From assembly GCA_051252135.1 (NCBI GenBank), contig JBPOGH010000006.1:160001-224000 (forward strand): a stretch of DNA of 64,000 nucleotides. The letters run 5' to 3'. The notes under the pieces are model-generated. The model had not been told where the DNA came from, did no database searches, and was given only the letters and a program-made list of their open reading frames with translations. Source of the DNA: Verrucomicrobiaceae bacterium (lineage in GTDB: Bacteria; Verrucomicrobiota; Verrucomicrobiia; Verrucomicrobiales; Akkermansiaceae). Positions 56,240 to 64,000 of this stretch are shown piece after piece (positions within the stretch are counted from its first letter, which is position 1; every line of letters begins with the position of its first letter). The translations under genes and the position numbers were made by a program.

Positions 56240-56477
56240 GAGCCAAGCGTTCGAAGACTTGCAGTATTGGGTGCAGTTTCACCCGAAAGTGGCGAAACGG
56301 CTGCTGCGGATGATTGAGGAAAGCCAGCGGGATCCTTTTGGAGGGATCGGGAAACCGGAACCGCTGAAGAATGAGTTATCGGGCTGGTGGTCGAAGCGAA
56401 TCGATGGCGAACATCGGCTTGTTTATCGCGTGGAAGGAGATGCGTTGATTATTGTGCAAGCGAGGGGGCATTATTAG
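56223..56477 (+). CDS. yoeB: Txe/YoeB family toxin
   Basis: AFEDLQYW, PFGGIGKPEPLK, WSKRIDGEHRLVY and C-terminal RGHY. Confidence 0.93.
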   Translation: MRLEFKSQAFEDLQYWVQFHPKVAKRLLRMIEESQRDPFGGIGKPEPLKNELSGWWSKRIDGEHRLVYRVEGDALIIVQARGHY

Positions 56478-56489
56478 GAAACAATTTGT

Positions 56490-56789
56490 ATGAGTAAGGT
56501 TGTATTGGTGTTGGTAATCTTTGTCGGCATTTTCATTGCTGCGTGCGGCAGTAATCAATCCGGGGATACTCAACTTCTCCAGCGGGAAACATTTGAGTTT
56601 GGAAGGGTGAAGAAGGAGTCCTATTACATCTTGCCTGACGGTGGTGAAGTTATGCATGGCGAAACTACCGTCATTCGTGATGGAGAGCTCGAATCAACGG
56701 CATTCTTTGAACACGGCAAATTCAGAGGGCTTAGGGGGAACCTTAGAAGTATGGATACCTCTTCATTTGTAACTCCCAAAGGGAAGTGA
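56490..56789 (+). CDS. Hypothetical lipoprotein
   Basis: Hydrophobic N-terminus with IAAC lipobox; MORN-like 'MHGETTVIRDG'. Confidence 0.55.
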   Translation: MSKVVLVLVIFVGIFIAACGSNQSGDTQLLQRETFEFGRVKKESYYILPDGGEVMHGETTVIRDGELESTAFFEHGKFRGLRGNLRSMDTSSFVTPKGK

Positions 56790-56792
56790 GAA

Positions 56793-57425
56793 CTACTTTG
56801 GCAGGTCTTCGATCAATTCGATGAGGTGGTAGGCGAGGTGTTCCTTGCTATCCTTGGGGAGGGTTTCGGTGCGGTCGGGGTAGACGAGGAGGACTTCGTT
56901 TTCGGAGGAATCGAAGCCGATGTCCTTGCGGGAGACGTCGTTTGCGATGACGAGGTCGCAGCCTTTGCGCTGGAGTTTGGAGCGGGCGTTGTCCTCGAGG
57001 TTTTCGGTTTCGGCGGCGAAGCCGACGAGGGCGCCGGAGTAGTTCATGACCGGGCGGGCGGAACCGAGGATGTCTTTTGTTTTTTCGAGAACGAGAGTGA
57101 GTTGGTCGCCGTCCTTTTTGATTTTTTTGTCGGAGACGACGGCGGGGGTGTAGTCGGCCACGGCGGCGGCGAAGATGGCGATGTCGTGCCGGCTGAGGTG
57201 GCCTTCGACGGCCTGATACATTTCGGCGGCGGATTCGACGGGGATGTAGTCGACGCCCTCCGGGACATCGAGGGCGGTGGGGCCTGAGATGAGGAGGACG
57301 CGGTGGCCGCGCTTGGCGGCAGCGGCGGCGAGGGAGTAGCCCATTTTACCGGAGGACCGGTTGGTGAGGTAGCGGACGGGGTCGATGGGCTCCCGGGTGG
57401 GGCCGGCGGTGATGAGGACTTTCAT
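56793..57425 (-). CDS. coaB: Phosphopantothenate--cysteine ligase (standalone)
   Basis: ITAGPTREPIDPVRYLTNRSSGKMG, AAAVADY, VGFAAET and IANDV motifs. Confidence 0.93.
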   Translation of the reverse strand: MKVLITAGPTREPIDPVRYLTNRSSGKMGYSLAAAAAKRGHRVLLISGPTALDVPEGVDYIPVESAAEMYQAVEGHLSRHDIAIFAAAVADYTPAVVSDKKIKKDGDQLTLVLEKTKDILGSARPVMNYSGALVGFAAETENLEDNARSKLQRKGCDLVIANDVSRKDIGFDSSENEVLLVYPDRTETLPKDSKEHLAYHLIELIEDLPK

Positions 57426-57958
57426 TTGGCCAGCTCTTGAACGGCAATGATGATGTCGTCAATCTCAGCGAGGCGGCCTTTTCCCTGATAGCCGCAGGCG
57501 AGGTCGCCCTCGGCGGGGTCGATGAAGTGGACTCCGTCTTTTTTGAGCTGCTCGAGATTGCGCCCGGTGGCGGGGTGGTTCCACATTTTGCCGTTCATGG
57601 CGGGAGCGATGAGGACGGGGGTTTCGCGGGGGAGGGCGAGGTAGATGGAGGAGAGGGGGTCGGGGGCGATGCCGTGAGCGAACTGGCCGAGGGTGTCGGC
57701 GCAGGCGGGGGCGACGAGGAAGAGGTCGGCGTTGTCGGCGAGCTCGATGTGGCCGGGTTTCCAGGAGTTCTTTTCGTCCTCCAAGGAAGTGAGGACGGGG
57801 TTTCGGGAGAGGACCTGAAGGGTGAGCGGGGTGATGAACTCGGTGGCGGCCTTGGTCATGACGCAGTGGACCTGGTGGCCGAGCTTGGTGAGCTGGCTGG
57901 CGAGGTCGGCTGCCTTGTAGGCGGCGATGGAGCCGGTGATGCCGAGGACGATGTTCAT
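57422..57958 (-). CDS. coaC: Phosphopantothenoylcysteine decarboxylase (standalone)
   Basis: GITGSIAAYK, HIEL, APAMNGKMW and LACG motifs. Confidence 0.93.
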   Translation of the reverse strand: MNIVLGITGSIAAYKAADLASQLTKLGHQVHCVMTKAATEFITPLTLQVLSRNPVLTSLEDEKNSWKPGHIELADNADLFLVAPACADTLGQFAHGIAPDPLSSIYLALPRETPVLIAPAMNGKMWNHPATGRNLEQLKKDGVHFIDPAEGDLACGYQGKGRLAEIDDIIIAVQELAK

Positions 57959-57965
57959 GTTAGGG

Positions 57966-57971
57966 AGAGTA
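57966..57971 (-). promoter_or_regulatory. Putative -10 box for coaC, leaderless geometry
   Basis: TACTCT-7-ATG (57958); -35 box weak. Confidence 0.45.
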
Positions 57972-58004
57972 TCGGTTAGATTTGGGGGAGGGCGACTCGT
58001 TTTT

Positions 58005-58883
58005 TCAGGGGAGGGTTTGGGCGAGCCAGTGGGTGAATTTTTTTGAGCCGGATTCGCCGAGGTGGTAGCCGTCGGAGAAGTCGTCGGGGGTGATGGTGGG
58101 GAGGGAGCGGGCGTCGAGGAGGGTGAGCTTGTATTTTTTGATGAGTTGGGGGATTTGGGGGTCGAGGGGCCAGGGCTCGGGTTGGGGCATGGGGACGAGG
58201 ATGACTTGGGTGCCGTTGGCTTGGCAGGCGTCGAGGAAGCGGGTGATTCTTTGGAAGGTGGCTGACCGGGAGGAGGTTGTTATTTTGGGGGTGACCCAGT
58301 CCTGGTTGGTGCGGAGTCCGAGGCGGTACCAGTCGATGAAGTAGTCGAGGATGCGCTCGCGGTGGGCGGGTTGGTCGCCGATGAGGGCGGTGGTGTGGGC
58401 GAGGAGGGATTGGGTGCGTTGGTGGAAATTGAGGTTTTCGTTTTGCCAGAGAGAGGGGAGGGAGTTGGCGGTGGCGAAGTGGCGGGCGAGGCGTCGGAGT
58501 TTGACGGGCTCGGAGTCATTGAGGTGGTGGGCGACAAAGCCGAGGACAAGTCGGTCGGGGGGATTGGATTGGAGGTAGCGTTGGTGGAGGTGTTCCCAAT
58601 CGAGGGCGGCGGTGGCGACGGGGGAGATTTTGATGAAGGGGAGGTCGGGGCGCTGTGCGGCGAGGAGGTCGGGATCGAGCCCGTGCTTCATGAGGGAGTT
58701 GCCGAGGAAGAGGGTGCCGTTTTCCGGGGGGAGAGAGGCGGTGAGAGTGGGGATGTCGTGGATGTGGGCGCGGTCGGTATCGAGGGTTGGGGCGATCTTT
58801 ATTGAGTAGAGTTCGAGGCCGACGAGAAAGAAGGCGAGAACGGCGAGCACTTTGAGCTCTTGGCGGAAGGTGGTGACGTTCAT
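58005..58883 (-). CDS. Membrane-anchored SGNH-like protein (DltD/AlgJ-like MBOAT partner)
   Basis: N-terminal TM segment; FLGNS and DGYHL catalytic motifs; coupled to the MBOAT gene. Confidence 0.75.
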   Translation of the reverse strand: MNVTTFRQELKVLAVLAFFLVGLELYSIKIAPTLDTDRAHIHDIPTLTASLPPENGTLFLGNSLMKHGLDPDLLAAQRPDLPFIKISPVATAALDWEHLHQRYLQSNPPDRLVLGFVAHHLNDSEPVKLRRLARHFATANSLPSLWQNENLNFHQRTQSLLAHTTALIGDQPAHRERILDYFIDWYRLGLRTNQDWVTPKITTSSRSATFQRITRFLDACQANGTQVILVPMPQPEPWPLDPQIPQLIKKYKLTLLDARSLPTITPDDFSDGYHLGESGSKKFTHWLAQTLP

Positions 58884-60268
58884 TAGAATTGGAAGTAGAT
58901 GAAATCGCTGTGCACGACGGGGGCGCAGGAGATGATCATCCAGACGAGGTAGCAGTAGACGAGGGCGCGGGTGAGCCAGGGGAGGTGGTGGAGTCGGCGG
59001 TGGTCGTGTCGGTCGCTCCAGATTTCGGCGAGGACGAGGGGGAGGCAGAAGAAGGCGAGGGAGCCGAAAGCGTAGGATGAGAAGGGGCTGAGTTGTTGTT
59101 CGAAGAAGATTTTGAGGAGGAGGGAAGTGGCTTGGGCGAGGGAGTCGGCGCGGAAGAAGAGCCAGGTGAGGCAGACGAGGTGGAAGAAGAGGAGAGTGGC
59201 GAAGAGGCGGGGGATTTTTAGACGCGGGCTGCCGAGGCGGTAGAGGCAGAGGATGAGTCCGTGGAGGAGGCCCCAGATGACGAAAGTCCAGGCGGCACCA
59301 TGCCAGAGGCCACCGAGAAGCATGGTGAGCATGAGGTTCCGGTAAGTCTTGGAAGTGCCCTGGCGGTTGCCACCGAGGGGGATGTAGAGGTAGTCGCGGA
59401 GCCAGGAAGAGAGCGAGATGTGCCAGCGGTTCCAGAAATCGGAAGGGGATTGGGCGAGGTAGGGGCGGCGGAAATTCGTCATGAGGCGAATGCCGAGCCA
59501 GCGGGAAATGCCGCAGGCGATGAAGGAGTAGCCTGCGAAGTCGCCGTAGATTTGGAAGGCGAAGGCGTAGAGTCCGGCAAGGGCGTCGGTGCCGGTGAGT
59601 TGGTCGGCGGGGGCGAGGAAGACGCCATTGGCGACGAAGGCGAGGTTATCGGCGACGGCGACTTTTAAGAAGAGACCGACGAGGACGAGCGAGAGTCCGA
59701 TGGTGAAGTCATCGGCGTTGTGTTTTCGCGGTTGCGTGATCTGCGGAAGGAGGTGTGAGGAGCGCTCGATGGGGCCGGCAACGAGTTGGGGGAAGTAGGC
59801 GACGTAGAGGGCGAAATCGAAGAAGGAACGGGTGGGCGTGGTTTCCTTGCGGAGGACGTCGATGGTGTAGGAGAGGGTCTGGAAGGTGTAGAAGGAGATG
59901 CCGACGGGGAGGATGATGGCGAGGGTGCCGAGATGGGGTTGGAAGCCGAGGGTCTGGAGGAGGGAGGAGGTGCTTTCGAGGAAGAAGTTGGCATACTTGA
60001 AGAGGGCGAGGATGCCGAGAGAGGAGGCGACGCCGAAGATGAGCCACCTTTTCTGCGAAGCAGGTGGGGCTTGGGCGATCTTGAGCGCGGCGACGAAATG
60101 AATCGCAGTGGTGAGCAGGATGAGTCCGAGAAATCGCCAATCCCAGCAGGCGTAGAAGAGGTAGCTCGCGAAGAGGAGGAAATGATTCTGGGCGCGATGA
60201 CCGAGAAAGCGGTAGATCAGGATGACGAGGGCGAAAAAGGCCCAGAACTGGTAGCTATTAAAGAGCAC
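58883..60268 (-). CDS. MBOAT family O-acyltransferase (AlgI/DltB-like)
   Basis: LPVGISFYTFQ, FPQLVAGPIER, FWNRWHISLS and GLWHGA motifs. Confidence 0.93.
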   Translation of the reverse strand: MLFNSYQFWAFFALVILIYRFLGHRAQNHFLLFASYLFYACWDWRFLGLILLTTAIHFVAALKIAQAPPASQKRWLIFGVASSLGILALFKYANFFLESTSSLLQTLGFQPHLGTLAIILPVGISFYTFQTLSYTIDVLRKETTPTRSFFDFALYVAYFPQLVAGPIERSSHLLPQITQPRKHNADDFTIGLSLVLVGLFLKVAVADNLAFVANGVFLAPADQLTGTDALAGLYAFAFQIYGDFAGYSFIACGISRWLGIRLMTNFRRPYLAQSPSDFWNRWHISLSSWLRDYLYIPLGGNRQGTSKTYRNLMLTMLLGGLWHGAAWTFVIWGLLHGLILCLYRLGSPRLKIPRLFATLLFFHLVCLTWLFFRADSLAQATSLLLKIFFEQQLSPFSSYAFGSLAFFCLPLVLAEIWSDRHDHRRLHHLPWLTRALVYCYLVWMIISCAPVVHSDFIYFQF

Positions 60269-60869
60269 GCGGGGTCGAGAGGCGGGAGATGCGGAGGCGC
60301 TCGGCGACGATGAGAGATTTGAAGCGGGAGTAATCTTCCTCGCGGGTGGCGGAGAGGAGGCGGTAGGTGTATTCCGGCCAGTGGCGCATTTCGTCGAGAG
60401 CGTTCTTCATGCGGAGGGCAATGACCTCTTCGGCATCGGTGCCGCGGCCGGTGAGGCGGGCGCGAAGTTCTTCCTCGCTGGGAGGCATGACGAAGAGATC
60501 GGTGAGGGCAGTTTGGATGTCGGCGTCATCGCACGCGCGAACGAGGATGGCGCCCTGGACGTCGATATCCATGACGACATCGGTGCCTTTAGAGATGTAG
60601 TCGAGGACCTCGGACTTGAGGGTGCCGTAGTGGTTCCCGTGGACTTCGGCGTGCTCGAGGAAATCGCCGGCGGCGATGCGGGATTTGAAGTCGTCGTGGG
60701 TGAGGAAATGGTAATCGCGGCCGTTGACTTCGCCATCGCGTGGCGGGCGGGTGGTGCAGGAAATGGAATAGTGGGCCTCCTCTTCATCGGCGAGGCGTCG
60801 GCAGAGAGTGGTTTTTCCGGAGCCTGAGGGGCCGGAGACGAGGAGGAGGATGCCCGAACGAGGAGTCAC
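60258..60869 (-). CDS. gmk: Guanylate kinase
   Basis: SGPSGSGKTT, SCTTRPPR.GE.NGRDYHF, YGT and DIDVQG motifs. Confidence 0.96.
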   Translation of the reverse strand: MTPRSGILLLVSGPSGSGKTTLCRRLADEEEAHYSISCTTRPPRDGEVNGRDYHFLTHDDFKSRIAAGDFLEHAEVHGNHYGTLKSEVLDYISKGTDVVMDIDVQGAILVRACDDADIQTALTDLFVMPPSEEELRARLTGRGTDAEEVIALRMKNALDEMRHWPEYTYRLLSATREEDYSRFKSLIVAERLRISRLSTPRAL

Positions 60870-60875
60870 GGGGGG

Positions 60876-60956
60876 AGTTTGGGGAGAATTGGTGGGGTTG
60901 GCCAGTTTGTAGTGTGAACGGTTGGGGGTTGCTCCGAATTATGGGGGCAGTATGCT
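60876..60956. promoter_or_regulatory. Divergent promoters for gmk and mutL, both leaderless geometry
   Basis: mutL (+): TTGCTC-16-TATGCT-6-ATG; gmk (-): TGGCCA-17-CAAACT-6-GTG. Confidence 0.55.
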
Positions 60957-60962
60957 GCGGGC

Positions 60963-62687
60963 ATGCCGACTGTGGAGGTGATGCCTGATACTCTTGCCAG
61001 CCAGGTGGCGGCAGGGGAGGTAATCGAGCGTCCGGCGAGTGTGATCAAGGAGCTGGTGGAGAACTGTGTGGATGCGGGTGCGCGGAAGATTGAGGTGGAG
61101 ATTCAGCGGGGCGGGGTGGCGTTGATGCGGGTGATTGATGATGGATGCGGGATGAGCCCGAGGGATGCGGTGAAATCGCTGGAGCGGCATGCGACGAGCA
61201 AGTTGCGGAGTTCGGATGATCTGGCGAGCATCATGACCTTGGGATTTCGGGGGGAGGCGCTGCCGAGTATTGCGAGTGTGTCGCGGTTTACGATGACGAC
61301 GCGGGAGGCGGATGCGGTGGAGGGGTCGGAGATTCGGGTGGATGGGGGGGCGGCTCATGAGCCGAAGGCGGTGGGGTGTCCGGTGGGGACGAGCATTGAG
61401 GTGCGGGATTTGTTTTTTAATGTGCCGGCGCGGAAGAAGTTTTTGCGAGCGGAGACGACGGAGGCGGCGCATGTGGATCATCAGATCCGGCTGCATGCGC
61501 TGGGGACGCCGGGGGTGGGTTGGGTGTTTCGGAAGGATGGGCGGGTGGTGTTTGATCTGCCGGCGATCTCGGATCGGCGGGTGCGGATTGAGGCGATGAC
61601 GGGAAGCGAGTCGGGGAAGGCCTTGATTGATGTGCCTCGTTGGGAGGGACGTGGGATTTCGGTGGAGGGGGCGATCTTGCCATCGGAGTTCGCGAGATCG
61701 GGCCGGAAGCATCAATTTGTTTTTCTGAACGGGAGGCCGGTGGAAGACCCGGTGATTTCACGGGCGATTCGTGAGGCGTTTAAGGGGGCGCTGAGTGAGG
61801 GGCTGCAGCCGGCGGCGTGGCTTTGGATTCAGATGGATCCGACGCTGGTGGATGTGAATGTGCATCCGGCGAAGCGGGAGGTGCGTTTTAGCAATGCGGC
61901 GCAGGTGCGGCTGGCGATCATGGATGCGGTGGGGGAGGCGCTGCAACCGAAGGCGGTGATTCGCCCGGTGGTGATGCCGGAGCGTGAGGTGGGCGATGTT
62001 TTGGAAGATCGGATGGAAGTGGGTTCGGCTCCGCGAGTTGATGTTCGTGCGGAGCCGGCGGTGGTGTGGACGAGTGAGAGGCAGGAGGAATTGGCGGTTG
62101 AGGAAGAGGAGGAAAAGGCTCCGGCGTTTCGGGTGATCGGGGCGGTGGCGGATCGTTACGTGTTGATGGAAGGCGAGGAGGGCTTGGTGCTGTTTGAGCC
62201 ATCGGCGGGGCGGGAGCGGATTATCTACGAGCGGCTTCTGGAGAAGGGTGAGCGTTGTGAGAGTCAGGGCTTGCTGGTGCCGGAGCTGCTGGAGCTGGAT
62301 GCGCGGGATGTTGATTTGTTGATGCGGCATCAGGAGCATTTTGATGATGCGGGATTTTCGCTGGAAGCGTTCGGCGGTCGGACGGTGCAGGTGGGGAGTG
62401 TGCCGTCGTTTCTAAAGCTCGATGAGGCGCGGGGGTTCGTGCTGGAGTTGGTGGATGCGATTTTGGATCACGATATCGGAGGGAGAGTGAAGCGGCTGAC
62501 CTACGAGGGCTTTGCGCAGAAGGTGGCGGTGACGGGAGCGCGGTATCAGAAGTGGTCGATGGCGGAAGTGGATCAGCTTTTGAGGGAATTGTTTCGCTGT
62601 GATTTGCCGTATTGTGATCCGGCGGGGAGGCCGACGCTGGTGCAGATTTCCTTTCAAGAATTGGCCCGTAAATTTGGGAAGAAGTGA
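60963..62687 (+). CDS. mutL: DNA mismatch repair endonuclease MutL
   Basis: AAGEVIERPASVIKELVEN, HATSK, GFRGEAL, DVNVHPAKREV and C-terminal PYCDPAGRPT. Confidence 0.96.
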   Translation: MPTVEVMPDTLASQVAAGEVIERPASVIKELVENCVDAGARKIEVEIQRGGVALMRVIDDGCGMSPRDAVKSLERHATSKLRSSDDLASIMTLGFRGEALPSIASVSRFTMTTREADAVEGSEIRVDGGAAHEPKAVGCPVGTSIEVRDLFFNVPARKKFLRAETTEAAHVDHQIRLHALGTPGVGWVFRKDGRVVFDLPAISDRRVRIEAMTGSESGKALIDVPRWEGRGISVEGAILPSEFARSGRKHQFVFLNGRPVEDPVISRAIREAFKGALSEGLQPAAWLWIQMDPTLVDVNVHPAKREVRFSNAAQVRLAIMDAVGEALQPKAVIRPVVMPEREVGDVLEDRMEVGSAPRVDVRAEPAVVWTSERQEELAVEEEEEKAPAFRVIGAVADRYVLMEGEEGLVLFEPSAGRERIIYERLLEKGERCESQGLLVPELLELDARDVDLLMRHQEHFDDAGFSLEAFGGRTVQVGSVPSFLKLDEARGFVLELVDAILDHDIGGRVKRLTYEGFAQKVAVTGARYQKWSMAEVDQLLRELFRCDLPYCDPAGRPTLVQISFQELARKFGKK

Positions 62688-64000
62688 TGTCGGTAGTCTT
62701 GGTCATACGTCAGGAAGAGAAGGCGGCGGTGCTGAAGGAGATCGCGCTGCGGATTGCGGGCGGGATGGAGATGGAGTTAAAGATTTGGGTGGCGACGGAA
62801 GGGGAGGAAGCGGCGGGGTGGGCGAAGAATTTGGAAGGAGTGGGAGTGACGGAAGTGGTGGAAATGAACGGGCCGCGACGGCGGAGATTGGTGGAAGCGG
62901 CGGTGGCGGAAGCGAAGCCCGAGTTATTGATCGTGGGAAAGAGCGCGGGGGTGAAGAGCGACGCGCCGGACCGGAAGTTTTCGGGGTGGCTTTTTGAGCA
63001 TCTGCCCTGTCAGGTGCTGGTGGTGCGGATTGATGGCGAGGAGGCGCCGCACGAGGGGAAGGTGCTGGTGCCGTGTGCGGGCGGGCGGAACTCGAGGCGG
63101 GCGCTGAAGATTGCGCATGCGTGGGCGGGTCCGGAGACGGTGGCGTTTCAGGTGAGGCCGGATGTGGATGAGATTTCGATGGCGGTGGGGGAGGCGGCTT
63201 TGGAAAAAATTGTGAAGAGGGCGGGGCTGGATCCGACGCTGCTGCACACGAAGGTGGTGCTGGGGGATCATTTTGCGAAGGCGCTGGAGGAAGAGGTGGC
63301 GAGTGGCGAGTATGCGATGCTGCTGCTGGGGGCGACGAATGAGAAGACCTTGAGGGGGAAGCTTTTTGGGACCTTGCCGGAGCGGTTGTTGGCGAGTGAG
63401 ACGGGGCGATTGGTGGGGGTGGTGCGGGCCGAACGGGCGGTGGGGCACCGGTTCCGGGATTGGGTGGGGCGGTTGATTCAGATCAAGATTCCGCAGTTGA
63501 ACCGGGATGAACGGTTGGCGCTCTTTGACGAGGTGGAGTCGAAGTCGCGGTGGAGTTTTGATTTTGCGTCCCTGATGACGATGGCGACGGCGATCGCGGG
63601 GATGGGATTGTTGTTGAACTCAGCGGCGGTCGTGATCGGGGCGATGCTGGTGGCTCCGCTGATGATGCCGCTGGTGGGTGGCGGGTTGGCGTTATCGCAA
63701 GGACATTGGCCGTTGTGGAATCGGGCGATTGGGGCGGTGGTGAGAGGGTTTGTGTTGGCTCTATTGATTGGGTTGGTGTTGGGAGGGATTGCGCGGTTTT
63801 TTGATTTGGGGATGACCTTTCAACTGGAGGCACGGGGGAAGCCGAATTTGTTGGATTTGGGAGTGGCCTTTGTTTCCGGGATTGCGGCGTCTTACTGCAT
63901 TGCGAGGCCGAAGCTGAGCGGGGCGTTGGCGGGGGTGGCGATTGCGGCGGCGCTGGTGCCTCCGATTGCGACGGTGGGGATTGCGCTGGTGCTGGGGGAT
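62687..64000 (+). CDS. USP-like domains fused to a DUF389 membrane domain (runs off the window end; absent from the ORF track)
   Basis: ATG overlaps the mutL stop (TGATG); KVLVPCAGG, NSAAVVIGAMLVAPLMMP, PNLLDLGVA and GVAIAAALVPP motifs. Confidence 0.88.
   Translation, partial: MSVVLVIRQEEKAAVLKEIALRIAGGMEMELKIWVATEGEEAAGWAKNLEGVGVTEVVEMNGPRRRRLVEAAVAEAKPELLIVGKSAGVKSDAPDRKFSGWLFEHLPCQVLVVRIDGEEAPHEGKVLVPCAGGRNSRRALKIAHAWAGPETVAFQVRPDVDEISMAVGEAALEKIVKRAGLDPTLLHTKVVLGDHFAKALEEEVASGEYAMLLLGATNEKTLRGKLFGTLPERLLASETGRLVGVVRAERAVGHRFRDWVGRLIQIKIPQLNRDERLALFDEVESKSRWSFDFASLMTMATAIAGMGLLLNSAAVVIGAMLVAPLMMPLVGGGLALSQGHWPLWNRAIGAVVRGFVLALLIGLVLGGIARFFDLGMTFQLEARGKPNLLDLGVAFVSGIAASYCIARPKLSGALAGVAIAAALVPPIATVGIALVLGD

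Noticed and set aside
58005..60268. AlgI/AlgJ-like genes as evidence of alginate biosynthesis tied to the island
   Set aside because: No alg8/alg44/algD/algE in the window; MBOAT-SGNH pairs act on many polymers; located more than 10 kb outside the island

Overview
Bacterial chromosomal window, most likely from a marine member of the Verrucomicrobiota. This assignment is inferred from a PEP-CTERM protein, a PVC-type CxxCH heme protein, extended SecA and C-terminal 'SxDLxxW...FYR' domains. The flanks are mostly housekeeping genes: def, 5-oxoprolinase, tatD, mnmH/selU, rimK, mgtE, aroB, rarA, can, purEK, secA, sucCD, ispF, suhB, split coaC/coaB, gmk and mutL, with two small type II toxin-antitoxin insertions. 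A ~20 kb alginate/polyuronide utilisation island (about 27.0-47.4 kb) abuts the 3' end of tmRNA. It holds a ToaA-like Na+ symporter, a DEH-reductase-like SDR, a heparinase II/III-type lyase, one PL7 and two PL6 lyases, DUF2264, two TIM-barrel isomerases and several surface proteins. Best leads: (1) a degenerate MglA-like pseudo-GTPase paired with a long disordered protein carrying eight xxPF motifs and a roadblock-like tail; (2) an unannotated ~250-aa secreted domain in three copies inside the island; (3) a shared C-terminal putative sorting domain; (4) a multi-hairpin leader before the symporter; (5) a uORF plus hairpin leader before mgtE; (6) nine genes with a leaderless promoter geometry; (7) a chimeric RHH/YefM antitoxin; (8) an exonuclease with no canonical start codon directly behind vapC. 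No CRISPR array, rRNA, tRNA, integrase or transposase was seen. All calls come from motif recognition by eye; no database searches were run.
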